Shown here piece after piece: positions 20,094 to 29,886 of a stretch of 64,000 bases of DNA. This DNA comes from Bacteroidales bacterium. GTDB lineage: Bacteria; Bacteroidota; Bacteroidia; Bacteroidales; UBA10428. A program made the translations under genes and the position numbers. Location of the stretch: assembly GCA_046481675.1 (NCBI GenBank), contig JAWOJJ010000102.1:44094-108093 (forward strand), given 5' to 3'. The number at the start of each line of letters is the position of its first letter. The first letter of the stretch is position 1. The notes under the pieces were generated by a model. It did not search any database, was not told where the DNA came from, and was given only the letters and a program-made list of their open reading frames with translations.

Positions 20094-20250
20094 ATTTCAG
20101 GTAGCTTGTTTCTCAAAAGTAATACAAAAACCCTTGAAATTTCCATGACTTTTACCACTGTGCAGAGAAAGCTGTATGGATGAAATAAAAAATGAATTAT
20201 CTTTAGAAAATAATTCTTAATTTTCAACTCTTATTTGAAAATATCGTTTT

Positions 20251-20604
20251 ATGAAAGTTGATCTGTCATACCTTAGGGAAATGTCCGGAGGAAATAAAGA
20301 TCTGGTGCTTGAAATGATTTCTATTTTTAAAACCCAGGTTGATGAATTCGGAGGTGATATGGATCATCTTCTGGCGGAAAAAAAGTATGATCTGCTTGGC
20401 AAACTTGCGCACAAGGCCAAATCTTCTGTATCTATTATGGGCCTCAACGAACTTGCCACCCGGTTAAAGGAACTTGAAACCTCCGCCTGTGCCGGAAAAA
20501 ATGTTGCTTCATATAAAGAAATCATAGAACTTTTCAAACAGGAAACTCAGGAAGCTGTAAAAGAGCTGGATTTGATTCATGAGAACATTGAACTTTACTT
20601 TTAA
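20251..20604 (+). CDS. single-domain Hpt (histidine phosphotransfer) protein
   Basis: Predicted four-helix-bundle protein of 117 aa. It carries the Hpt signature around His in GKLAHKAKSSVSIMG. Confidence 0.7.
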   Translation: MKVDLSYLREMSGGNKDLVLEMISIFKTQVDEFGGDMDHLLAEKKYDLLGKLAHKAKSSVSIMGLNELATRLKELETSACAGKNVASYKEIIELFKQETQEAVKELDLIHENIELYF

Positions 20605-20615
20605 AAAAACAGCAT

Positions 20616-20951
20616 ATGCTCAAGGTTGAGAAAATTAACAATATAACTGTCGTACGTTTTGATAACATTGACAGGTTAAATGCACTGATCTCGGAACCTG
20701 TTAAGGAAGACCTGAAAAGTTTTTTCAACACCCCCGGAACAAGGTTAATTCTCAATCTTGAAGGGATCAAGTATATTGACAGTTCAGGTTTTGGTGTTTT
20801 TCTATCCATTCTTAAGGCATCTACCAACAACAAGGGCACTTTTAAAATGTGCTGTTTCAGTCCGGAAGTAATCGAACTGTTCAAGCTGCTGCAGCTGCAC
20901 AACATTTTTACCCTTTATGCAACGCTTGACGAGTGTCTGGAAAGTTTCTAG
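20616..20951 (+). CDS. STAS domain protein (anti-sigma-factor antagonist family)
   Basis: 111 aa, with an L.LEGIKYIDSSGFGVFL motif (SpoIIAA-type DSSG phospho-serine context). It starts 11 nt after the Hpt gene. Confidence 0.8.
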   Translation: MLKVEKINNITVVRFDNIDRLNALISEPVKEDLKSFFNTPGTRLILNLEGIKYIDSSGFGVFLSILKASTNNKGTFKMCCFSPEVIELFKLLQLHNIFTLYATLDECLESF

Positions 20952-20975
20952 CCACCCACCCGCTTGAAAAGGTTT

Positions 20976-23567
20976 CTATTTATTTCTGAACAAAATACCC
21001 TGGGTGTTCCTGTCAATGACGACAGTCTGATCCCTTTTAACAGAGCCTTCCAATATTTTTCTGGATAATTCATTCAGAATTCCCTTCTGAATGATCCTCT
21101 TAACCGGTCTTGCCCCATATTGCGGATCAAATCCCTGGTCAGCTATATATTCCAATGCCTGATCGGTGATTTCAATCCGGATGTCCTGATCTGCAAGCTT
21201 ATTAATGATTTGGTTGAACTGCAACCTGACAATATCATGTATCTCCTTTTTTGTCAAGGGAGCAAACATGATCAACTCGTCAACCCTGTTCAGGAATTCA
21301 GGCCTTATGGTCTTCTTTAAAAGCTCAAATACTTCGTCTTTTGTTCTTTCCAGTATGCCCAATCTGTTTTCATCGCTGAGGTGTTCCAGGTTTTGCTGTA
21401 TGATGTGCGACCCGATATTGGAGGTCATGACGATCAGGGTATTTTTAAAGTTAACCACACGGCCTTTATTATCAGTCAGGCGTCCGTCATCCAAAACCTG
21501 AAGCAGCACATTGAAAACATCAGGGTGCGCCTTTTCAATCTCATCCAGGAGTAATACGGAATAAGGTTTTCGGCGGACCGCCTCGGTAAGTTGCCCTCCC
21601 TCATCATAGCCAATATAGCCCGGAGGTGCGCCAACCAGCCGTGAAACGGTATGTCTTTCCTGGTATTCCGACATGTCAATGCGGGTCATCAGGTTTTCAT
21701 CATTAAAGAGAAATTCCGCAAGGGCCTTTGCAAGTTCAGTTTTTCCCACGCCAGTGGTACCCAGGAACAGGAATGACCCGATAGGCCGCTTGGGGTCCTG
21801 CAGGCCTGCCCTGCTCCTTCTCACTGCATCCGAAACAGCGCTGATGGCCTCATCCTGCCCTACAACCCGCTTATGAAGCTCACTTTCCAGGTTCAGGAGT
21901 TTTTCACGCTCACCCTGGAGCATCCGGGTTACCGGAATACCCGTCCAGCTCGACACCACTTCAGCGATTTCTTCAGCACCAACTTCCTCGTTGATCATGG
22001 CGGAACTACCTTGCTGATCAGTCAGCTTATCATTTAAATCCTGAATGTTTTTTTCAGCTTCTTTGATTTTTCCATACCTGATTTCCGCCACCTTGCCATA
22101 ATCGCCCTGGCGCTCAGCCTGATCTGCCTCAAACTTAAGATTTTCAATCAGTTGTTTATTCATCTGAATGTCATCGATAATCTTTTTTTCAGCCTGCCAT
22201 TTTGCCCTGAACTTAACCCGCTCATCATCAAGTTCACTGATCACCCGGCTCAGGTCGTTTACCTTTGCCGTGTCATTTTCGCGCTTCAACGCCTCTCTTT
22301 CTATTTCAAGCTGTTTGATTCGACGCTCCAGGCTGTCAATTTCCTGCGGCACGGAATTCATTTCGAGTCTTAATTTGGATGCAGCTTCATCAATAAGGTC
22401 GATGGCCTTATCCGGCAGAAATCTTTCCGTGATATAACGGTGTGACAGCTCAACTGCAGCAAGGATTGCCTCATCTTTAATTCTTACTCTATGGTGGTTT
22501 TCGTATCGTTCGCGCAATCCCCGAAGTATGGAAACGGTGCTGGGAACATCGGGTTCACTTACAGTAACTACCTGAAACCTGCGTTGCAGCGCTTTATCTT
22601 TCTCGAAAAACCTTTGGTATTCATCCAGGGTAGTGGCTCCAACGGCTCTCAATTCGCCTTTTGCAAGAGCCGGCTTCAGGATATTGGCGGCATCCATGGC
22701 ACCTTCCCCTTTACCGGCGCCCACAAGTGTATGAATCTCGTCAATAAAAAGGATGATCTCCCCTTCCGCAGCAATCACTTCCTTTACAACGGCTTTCAAC
22801 CGTTCCTCAAATTCGCCCTTGTATTTTGCACCTGCTATCAGGGCGCCCATATCCAACGAAAAGATCTGCCGGGTCTTCAGGTTGTCCGGCACATCCCCTG
22901 AAATGATCCGGTGGGCAATGCCCTCGGCTATGGCTGTTTTACCAACACCGGGTTCCCCGATTAATATAGGATTGTTCTTGGTACGTCGCGACAATATCTG
23001 CAACACCCTTCTGATCTCGTCTTCGCGGCCTATTACCGGGTCCGACTTGCCATTTCGGGCCTGCTCGTTCAGGTTAATGGCGTATTTGCTGAGCGCGTCG
23101 TAAGTATCTTCTGCTGTCTGGCTGTTTACGACAGATCCCTTTCTCACCGACTGCACAGCGGCGGTCAGATCCTTTGAATTAACGCCAAAATCCTTCAGCA
23201 TATTTGCAACTGAATCTTTTTGACCAACCATAGTAAGCAGTATGTGTTCAACAGAAACAAACTGGTCCTGCATTTTTTTGGCCAGATCAAGCGCGGATTG
23301 CAATACCCTTGAGGCATCGGAAGAAAGGTATTGCTCACCACCGGTTACTTTAGCATAAGATTCAATGATGCGGTCAAGCACCCGTTCCATATCGTTAACA
23401 GCAATACCGGATTTGGCCAGCAGGTGCCTTACTACACTGTCGTTTTCCCCAAGCAACGCTTTAAGCAAATGCCCGGTTTCCACGGCCTGGTTGCGCGAAT
23501 CACGGGCCAGCAGGAACGCCTTTTCAATGGCTTCCTGGGATTTTATGGTAAAGTTATCAAAAGTCAT
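20976..23567 (-). CDS. clpB: ATP-dependent chaperone ClpB
   Basis: Two AAA+ modules ([10 protein letters not shown] and [15 protein letters not shown]), a long coiled-coil middle domain, and a Clp N-domain. Confidence 0.95.
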   Translation of the reverse strand: MTFDNFTIKSQEAIEKAFLLARDSRNQAVETGHLLKALLGENDSVVRHLLAKSGIAVNDMERVLDRIIESYAKVTGGEQYLSSDASRVLQSALDLAKKMQDQFVSVEHILLTMVGQKDSVANMLKDFGVNSKDLTAAVQSVRKGSVVNSQTAEDTYDALSKYAINLNEQARNGKSDPVIGREDEIRRVLQILSRRTKNNPILIGEPGVGKTAIAEGIAHRIISGDVPDNLKTRQIFSLDMGALIAGAKYKGEFEERLKAVVKEVIAAEGEIILFIDEIHTLVGAGKGEGAMDAANILKPALAKGELRAVGATTLDEYQRFFEKDKALQRRFQVVTVSEPDVPSTVSILRGLRERYENHHRVRIKDEAILAAVELSHRYITERFLPDKAIDLIDEAASKLRLEMNSVPQEIDSLERRIKQLEIEREALKRENDTAKVNDLSRVISELDDERVKFRAKWQAEKKIIDDIQMNKQLIENLKFEADQAERQGDYGKVAEIRYGKIKEAEKNIQDLNDKLTDQQGSSAMINEEVGAEEIAEVVSSWTGIPVTRMLQGEREKLLNLESELHKRVVGQDEAISAVSDAVRRSRAGLQDPKRPIGSFLFLGTTGVGKTELAKALAEFLFNDENLMTRIDMSEYQERHTVSRLVGAPPGYIGYDEGGQLTEAVRRKPYSVLLLDEIEKAHPDVFNVLLQVLDDGRLTDNKGRVVNFKNTLIVMTSNIGSHIIQQNLEHLSDENRLGILERTKDEVFELLKKTIRPEFLNRVDELIMFAPLTKKEIHDIVRLQFNQIINKLADQDIRIEITDQALEYIADQGFDPQYGARPVKRIIQKGILNELSRKILEGSVKRDQTVVIDRNTQGILFRNK

Positions 23568-23795
23568 AGCTCACAATGGTTTTGCTGTTTCACTGCAATT
23601 TTTACACCAACCTATTTGCAGGCCCACATCATGCCATATTGTCACCTAATCAACAACATAGGCGACATATTGACTGCATCAACGACTCAACCTGGTAGTG
23701 AAAAAATATAGAATTCATTGGCTGAAACCAATAGGAATGATTTACGTAAAAAAATTATGCTGCTAACCAAGGATATGCAAAACCGACTATAAGCA

Positions 23796-26700
23796 ATGAG
23801 CGAAAAGATTCTCAAAGCCTTGATGGAGTTATTTGCTATTATCGCCAGTCCCGAAGGTAACGATATGGACAGGCGGTCTGTTGTGCTTTCCTTTCTCAGC
23901 CGTCAGCTCAACCAGGAACTGGTTAAAGATTACATCCGGATATTCGATGCCTATTATGAGAACCATCAGGCGCTCAACGTTGAAAGAGGAAACAAGCGTA
24001 TTGGTGCTGATTCCGTGAAGGTATTGAGAATCTGCCATGAGATCAATAAAGAACTGGCCCAAAAGCAAAAGGTTATTGTACTGGTTCAGTTGTTTGAATT
24101 TGTCAAATCAAACGATGGCGGGATCAGTGAACAGGAACTCGCATTTATCCGGGCAGTTGCCGATTCATTTTATATTCCGAACGAGGAATATAAACTGATT
24201 ATGGAATTCACGCTCAATTCATTTGACAAAATTCCACAGGACAGGAATCTCCTGGTGGTAAATAATAAAAAGGACAGTGATTCCGGCAAATACAAGCACC
24301 TGTGCTCGGAATACCTTACCGGGCAAATCTGGATCATCAACATCCCGTCTGCCGGCATGTACTTTTTGAGGTACATAGGTGTTAATGAATTGTACCTCAA
24401 TGGCCAGATCATTCAACAGGACAAGGTATTTGTTCTGAACACCGGAACATCCATCCGGAATCACCATGTGAAGCCCCTCTATTTCAGTGATGTTGTGAGC
24501 GTTTTTAAGGAAGACCTGGAGCTGCAGCGCATTGTTTTTGAAGCAGAGGGGGTTAGTTACCGCTTTACAGGCGGGAATGCAGGAGTGCACGACATCAACT
24601 TCTGCGAAGATTCGGGCCGACTGGTAGGGATAATGGGATCAAGCGGTGCCGGTAAATCAACCCTGCTGAACATACTGAATGGTTCAATGGAACCCATGGA
24701 AGGCCGTGTACTGATAAACGGCATTGACATTTATAAAGACAAAGTAAAGGCAAACGGGCTGATCGGGCATGTTTCGCAGGATGACCTGCTGATTGAAGAA
24801 CTAACCGTTTACCAGAACCTGTATTACAATACCAAGTTGTGCTTTGATCATTACAATGAGGACCAGATCGCTCAGTCGGTTAACTGCATGCTGCAGAATC
24901 TTGGATTATTTGACATTAAGGACATCCAGGTTGGATCACCGCTGAACAAGAAAATCAGCGGCGGACAAAGAAAGCGGTTGAACATTGCACTTGAGCTGAT
25001 CCGGGAACCTGCCATTCTGTTCCTGGATGAGCCCACGTCGGGCCTCTCATCAAAAGACTCCGAAAACATCATGGATCTTTTGAAAGATCTGACGCTGAAA
25101 GGAAAACTTGTGTTTGTTGTAATTCACCAACCTTCATCGGACATTTTCAAAATGTTCGACAACCTGCTGATACTGGATACCGGAGGATACCTTATATATA
25201 GTGGCAACCCGGTTGATTCCATCATGTATTTCAAATCAAAGGTTCATCAGGCCAACTGGGCTGACAGCGAATGCCATATTTGCGGCAATGTGAATCCCGA
25301 ACAGATCTTCAATATTGTGGAGTCATTGGTTATTGATGAGTACGGCAAGGAAACCCGGACACGGAAAATATCGCCTCACGAATGGTACAATGTGTACAAG
25401 AGTTCCGGGATGCCGGTTAAAAAGAAACCTGAAATTGACAACCCGCTGCCGGTAGTGGCATTTAAAGTGCCCAATATTTTCAAGCAATTGGGTGTTTTCA
25501 TAACGCGCGACCTGATATCAAAGATCGTAAACACCCAGTATCTGATCATAACATTGCTGGAGGCCCCGGTTCTTGCGTTCATTCTGGCCTTCATCATCAA
25601 ATATTTCAACGTCAGCGAAACCAATGAAAGCGGTTATACCCTGATGGAAAACAGCAACCTCCCGGTATACCTGTTCATGTCGGTTATTATTGCCACGTTC
25701 ATGGGCCTTACAGTAAGTGCCGAGGAAATAATAAAAGACAGAAAGATATTGAAGCGTGAGGCCTTCCTGAACCTGAGCTGGTCGGGTTATTTACTTTCAA
25801 AACTTGCCGTAATGATGGCAATATCTGCAATTCAGGCGCTGACATTCGTATTGATCGGAAACAGTATTCTTGAAATCAAAGGTATGTTCCTGACTTACTG
25901 GATTGTTTTGTTCAGCGCATGGACCGCGTCGAATATAATGGGATTGCTGATTTCCGACAGCTTCAAAACGGTTGTTACCATTTACATCCTGATCCCGTTT
26001 CTGGTAATTCCTCAGATAGTGCTCAGCGGGGTAATTGTAAAATACGAAAAGCTCAACCCAAAAATCAGCTCACCCAGCAAAATACCTTTATACGGAGAGA
26101 TAATGACGGCACGCTGGGGATATGAGGCACTGGCGGTTGAGCAATTCATGAATAACAAATACAATGAGCCGTTTTATGCCATCAACAAGGCAATGAGCAT
26201 TGCCGAGTATAAGAAGAATTACTGGGTAAAAAACCTGGAGAACAAGATAGACTATGTGGAACGTGACATCAGGAGTCAGGGAGAACACGATAAAACCACC
26301 GCTTATCTAAAACTTCTCCAAAATGAACTTTCAAACGAGTTGCCCAATATCAGGAAAATTCCCATTCAAAATGTAAGACATATAGATTTTCCTTATGTTG
26401 AAAAGCTGACACCTGATCAGGTAAACCAGCAGGTGATTGATTCAACCCGGAAGTTTCTGAAAACCATCAACAAAATCTATATCCGGATTTATAACAACGC
26501 CAATGACGCCAAGGATGACCTGATCCGGGATCAGGAAAAGACTCCGGCGGAAAAATTCAAATTTCTCGAACTGAAAAGAAGATATTACAATGAGAAACTG
26601 GCCGAATTTGTTGAAAACAACACAGAATTAATCAGAATCATTGAATACAAAGGAAGGCTGATTCAGAAATCAGATCCCATATACCTCGATCCGGTGCATC

Positions 26701-26888
26701 CATTTATCAAAGCCCATTTTTATGCCCCGAGAAAGATGCTTTTTGGCCACTATTACAATACCTTCTGGGTCAATATATTGGTTATATGGGCCTATTCATT
26801 CCTGCTTTATGTAATGCTGTACTTCAGGGTTCTGAAACGTTTTCTCGATTTCCTGGAACAACTGATTTCACGAAACAAACAGACATAA
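23796..26888 (+). CDS. ABCG-type (NBD-TMD) ABC transporter with about 270-aa N-terminal regulatory extension and C-terminal extension
   Basis: NBD motifs GSSGAGKST, ISGGQRKRLNIA, ILFLDEPTSGL and VIHQPS, followed by an ABC-2 type TMD. The N-terminus has a helical TerB-like segment (ELAFIRAVADSF) and a beta-rich FHA-like segment (YFLRYIGVNELYLNGQII). There is a final TM helix near the C-terminus. Confidence 0.85.
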   Translation: MSEKILKALMELFAIIASPEGNDMDRRSVVLSFLSRQLNQELVKDYIRIFDAYYENHQALNVERGNKRIGADSVKVLRICHEINKELAQKQKVIVLVQLFEFVKSNDGGISEQELAFIRAVADSFYIPNEEYKLIMEFTLNSFDKIPQDRNLLVVNNKKDSDSGKYKHLCSEYLTGQIWIINIPSAGMYFLRYIGVNELYLNGQIIQQDKVFVLNTGTSIRNHHVKPLYFSDVVSVFKEDLELQRIVFEAEGVSYRFTGGNAGVHDINFCEDSGRLVGIMGSSGAGKSTLLNILNGSMEPMEGRVLINGIDIYKDKVKANGLIGHVSQDDLLIEELTVYQNLYYNTKLCFDHYNEDQIAQSVNCMLQNLGLFDIKDIQVGSPLNKKISGGQRKRLNIALELIREPAILFLDEPTSGLSSKDSENIMDLLKDLTLKGKLVFVVIHQPSSDIFKMFDNLLILDTGGYLIYSGNPVDSIMYFKSKVHQANWADSECHICGNVNPEQIFNIVESLVIDEYGKETRTRKISPHEWYNVYKSSGMPVKKKPEIDNPLPVVAFKVPNIFKQLGVFITRDLISKIVNTQYLIITLLEAPVLAFILAFIIKYFNVSETNESGYTLMENSNLPVYLFMSVIIATFMGLTVSAEEIIKDRKILKREAFLNLSWSGYLLSKLAVMMAISAIQALTFVLIGNSILEIKGMFLTYWIVLFSAWTASNIMGLLISDSFKTVVTIYILIPFLVIPQIVLSGVIVKYEKLNPKISSPSKIPLYGEIMTARWGYEALAVEQFMNNKYNEPFYAINKAMSIAEYKKNYWVKNLENKIDYVERDIRSQGEHDKTTAYLKLLQNELSNELPNIRKIPIQNVRHIDFPYVEKLTPDQVNQQVIDSTRKFLKTINKIYIRIYNNANDAKDDLIRDQEKTPAEKFKFLELKRRYYNEKLAEFVENNTELIRIIEYKGRLIQKSDPIYLDPVHPFIKAHFYAPRKMLFGHYYNTFWVNILVIWAYSFLLYVMLYFRVLKRFLDFLEQLISRNKQT

Positions 26889-26893
26889 AAAAA

Positions 26894-26918
26894 GTCGCCT
26901 GCAAAGGCGACTTTTTTT
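26894..26918. terminator. bidirectional intrinsic terminator
   Basis: aaaaaa-gtcgcc-tgcaaa-ggcgac-ttttttt, lying between the convergent ABC transporter and siaC-like genes. Confidence 0.75.
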
Positions 26919-26947
26919 GTTTCTTAGGAATGCACTATAAAAAAGTA

Positions 26948-27328
26948 TCAGTCTACAATTTCTATCATTTTGAACGGGATCCGGATAATGGATTCATAGT
27001 CTTCTCCGGCTTCAAGCATATCTTCGTCGTCTTCTTCATAATACCAATTGATTGAAACATCATGTTTTGATTTATGAATGGCTTCAAGCTTCTTGAAGAC
27101 ATCAAGAATACACTTGGAAGAACTCGTGTTGAAGTATTCCAGTTGCATGTTGACGACAGTTTTTTTCAACGGATTCTTGGCATAATCCTCGAGCCAGTCT
27201 ACCAGAGGCTTATAGAATTCAATTGAGTTTTCAGGAATGGATCTTCCCTTAATTTCAATTACGCTTTCCTCCTGTATGAATTTAATCGAGGGAGTTTTCG
27301 GGGTGCTTTCAATGTTAATTGGTTCCAT
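26948..27328 (-). CDS. DUF1987 / SiaC-family regulatory phosphoprotein
   Basis: Contains TPKTPSIKF...IEIKGRSIPENSIEFYKPLVDWLEDY and LEYFNTSSSKC. This matches the DUF1987 pattern, including the NTSS Thr that is phosphorylated in P. aeruginosa SiaC (from my memory of that sequence). Confidence 0.8.
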   Translation of the reverse strand: MEPINIESTPKTPSIKFIQEESVIEIKGRSIPENSIEFYKPLVDWLEDYAKNPLKKTVVNMQLEYFNTSSSKCILDVFKKLEAIHKSKHDVSINWYYEEDDEDMLEAGEDYESIIRIPFKMIEIVD

Positions 27329-27354
27329 ATGAATGTTGATTTCGAAAAACCGTT

Positions 27355-27900
27355 TTATACACTAATCGTTAAATTGAAAAAATAATAATCGTCGTTATAC
27401 TGATAAAAGTCGTATTCCAGTCTGTTACCGGATTTCCGGGCAATGTCAACCAATCCAAGACCTCCGCCACCCTTAGCTGAAAGCTTCTGGTGATTCAGGA
27501 TAAACTTGTACATATCCTTTAATTCGTCTTTGGTAAGGGTGTTGATTTTATCTATTTTTTCCTTAAGAAATTTGATCCTTTTGGAGTTAACAAAATTACC
27601 AGTTGTTACCTTATAGAATTCTCCATCTTTAACAATAACCAGGATTCCGAATTTGGGATCCAACTCCTCCTGGATGCCCTCATGGGCCATTTCGATATGA
27701 TGAAAAAGATTCTGAAGGCTTTCAACAAGAACATTGTAAATTTTTTTCCTTAGTTTACTGTCTGCATCTGCCTCTTCGAGTTTTTTTTCAACACCCTCCA
27801 ATATGTCATTGATGAGTTCTGAAGTTATGCTGCCCTTGTAAGCCAGAATAACATCTCCCTTGCTTAGATTTGAGTAGTATTCCTTTAAATTAAAACTCAT
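27355..27900 (-). CDS. SiaB-family (RsbW/SpoIIAB-like) protein Ser/Thr kinase
   Basis: Contains ILAYKGSITSELINDILEGVEKKLEE, NVLVESLQNLFHH and the G-box GGGLGLVDIARKSG. It lies 26 nt upstream of the DUF1987 gene, the canonical pairing. Confidence 0.75.
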   Translation of the reverse strand: MSFNLKEYYSNLSKGDVILAYKGSITSELINDILEGVEKKLEEADADSKLRKKIYNVLVESLQNLFHHIEMAHEGIQEELDPKFGILVIVKDGEFYKVTTGNFVNSKRIKFLKEKIDKINTLTKDELKDMYKFILNHQKLSAKGGGGLGLVDIARKSGNRLEYDFYQYNDDYYFFNLTISV

Positions 27901-28161
27901 AAAAGGCTGGGTTGCTTATAAACCGTATATTGATCAATCAACAAATATATAAAAAAAAACACTTGTAAAAAGAGACAGCAAATATTTATGGCATGTTCAA
28001 CCCCTTTAATTCTGGGTTAAGCCTTTTGAAATATAGCTATTTTTAAATTATTAACACAATTAAAGAACGAATTTTTATTGACCTAAGTTACAGAAACCCC
28101 TCCCGAATTGCATAATGTCAAGGCAATCTTTGACGGAACCATGAAAACAGGTTATTAACAA

Positions 28162-29304
28162 TCAGTTTTTGCTTGCTTTTTTAGACCCTTCATATAAGGA
28201 ATACCTGTTAAAACGGCATTCGAGCTGACCGTTATAAACAATAATACGCGGTGTGGGTTTCAACCCGATATGTTTTACGGCTTCTGCATTTGAGCTGATA
28301 ATCCAGGCATTGTAACCGGGATAATTCTTTTTCAGCCTGTCTCCTATTTGTTGATAGAGTTCATTTAAATTGAGCTGTTCAATTCTTTCCCCGTAAGGCG
28401 GGTTGATGATTACCAGGCCTGGTGGAGGTGGCGGTACCAGATCGTTGAAATGACAGGTAGAAAATCTGATTCTCTTCAGTACGCCGGCATTTTGTGCATG
28501 CCTTTGCGCCAGTCGAACTGCATCCGGGCTCAAATCAGACGCGTGAATGTTTATTTTTTCGTCTTCCGCAGGTTTTCTTTCTTTCACCACTTCATTAAAC
28601 AGCACGGGATCATAATCCCTCCAGCGCTGAAAGCCATATTCCATTCTGAGATCGCCCGGCGGAATGCGTAACGACATCAGGGCAGCTTCAATAGCAATGG
28701 TTCCCGATCCGCACATAAAATCTACCAGGGGCATGTTATAATCCCATCCGGAAAGCTTGATGAGACCGGCGGCCAGAACCTCATTAATTGGAGCCGGGCC
28801 TTGTTTCACCCTGTATCCTCTTCTGTGAAGCGACTCACCACTGCTGTCGCGTGATAAGGTGACTGTTTTATTACTGACAAACGCGTTAATCCGCAGTGTT
28901 GGATTATCCAGGTTCACAGAGGGACGACTGCCAAACCTTTCGCGAAACTGATCAACAACCGCGTCCTTGATTTTCTGGGCAATATATTGGGTATGACTGA
29001 ACAGGCTGGTACTTAATGACACTTCTACGGCAAGTGTGTCTTCTGCTCCCAGATATCTTGACCAGTTGATGGTTCTGACGAATTCATAGAGCTCCTGTTC
29101 GTTGTTTATTTCACCCTCTTTAATGGGGACGAGAATCTTCAAGGCTGTTCTCAGGTTGAAATTCGCTTTGTACAGAAGTTTCTTATCACCTGAAAAGCCG
29201 ACAGCACGATTCAATGTCCGGATTCCGTCGGCACCCAGTTCACGTAACTCATCAGCCAGCACCTGTTCAAGTCCGAATAGCGTTTTGGCAATATACTCAG
29301 GCAT
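28162..29304 (-). CDS. THUMP domain class I SAM-dependent RNA methyltransferase (RlmL/UPF0020-like)
   Basis: N-terminus KTLFGLEQVLADEL, SAM motif DFMCGSGTIAIEAA, and catalytic INPPYGERI. Confidence 0.85.
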   Translation of the reverse strand: MPEYIAKTLFGLEQVLADELRELGADGIRTLNRAVGFSGDKKLLYKANFNLRTALKILVPIKEGEINNEQELYEFVRTINWSRYLGAEDTLAVEVSLSTSLFSHTQYIAQKIKDAVVDQFRERFGSRPSVNLDNPTLRINAFVSNKTVTLSRDSSGESLHRRGYRVKQGPAPINEVLAAGLIKLSGWDYNMPLVDFMCGSGTIAIEAALMSLRIPPGDLRMEYGFQRWRDYDPVLFNEVVKERKPAEDEKINIHASDLSPDAVRLAQRHAQNAGVLKRIRFSTCHFNDLVPPPPPGLVIINPPYGERIEQLNLNELYQQIGDRLKKNYPGYNAWIISSNAEAVKHIGLKPTPRIIVYNGQLECRFNRYSLYEGSKKASKN

Positions 29305-29310
29305 AATTTC

Positions 29311-29886
29311 CTATTTTATTAATTCTTGGTGTCCCATTTCTTTCAAAAAAGCATTGATGGCCTTTACGGCATTATTCAAGCGTTGTTCTTCACTGCCGCT
29401 GATCACAACATAGCGTGACCCCAGTCTTTCCAGTTCGTTTCGGTACATTGAAAAAAGCACCTCACGCATTGCACCTCCGTTTTCCCTTACCGGATCCGGC
29501 GTCCATGGGATATCTGCACTGCAAAGCAGGAAGAGGTTCACCTGTTTCTGTTGCAGTTCTTCCTCAATCCATTGTGGAAACTGATGATAAACAACCTCAA
29601 ACCATATTTTGGTGACAACCAGGTAGGTGTCTATAAAAAGCAATCTGACTCCCGGGTTGGCAACATCACTCGCCTGGTCGCACTGAACCCGGGCAATATG
29701 TTCAACATCCTGATAGGTGTAGTGCCTGTTGAGCCCGGTAATATAATCTCTTGCATATTCAGGTATGCCTTTGGTATGATAATATCCGGAAAGTTGATTT
29801 GTAAGTGTTGTTTTCCCGGTGCATTCGGGTCCGGTTATCACCACACGGATCAGCGAAGCGCTACCTTCTGCAGTTCGTTTTTCCAT
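29311..29886 (-). CDS. NadR-type ribosylnicotinamide kinase-like P-loop ATPase
   Basis: P-loop ITGPECTGKTT, at about 190 aa. It is directly coupled to pnuC with a 37-nt overlap. No HTH or NMNAT domain is present. Confidence 0.7.
   Translation of the reverse strand: MEKRTAEGSASLIRVVITGPECTGKTTLTNQLSGYYHTKGIPEYARDYITGLNRHYTYQDVEHIARVQCDQASDVANPGVRLLFIDTYLVVTKIWFEVVYHQFPQWIEEELQQKQVNLFLLCSADIPWTPDPVRENGGAMREVLFSMYRNELERLGSRYVVISGSEEQRLNNAVKAINAFLKEMGHQELIK

Noticed and set aside
20251-20951. Hpt-STAS pair as part of a classical sigma-B/sigma-F type partner-switch operon
   Set aside because: No sigma factor, RsbW/SpoIIAB-type anti-sigma kinase or PP2C phosphatase is encoded nearby, so the canonical model cannot be asserted.
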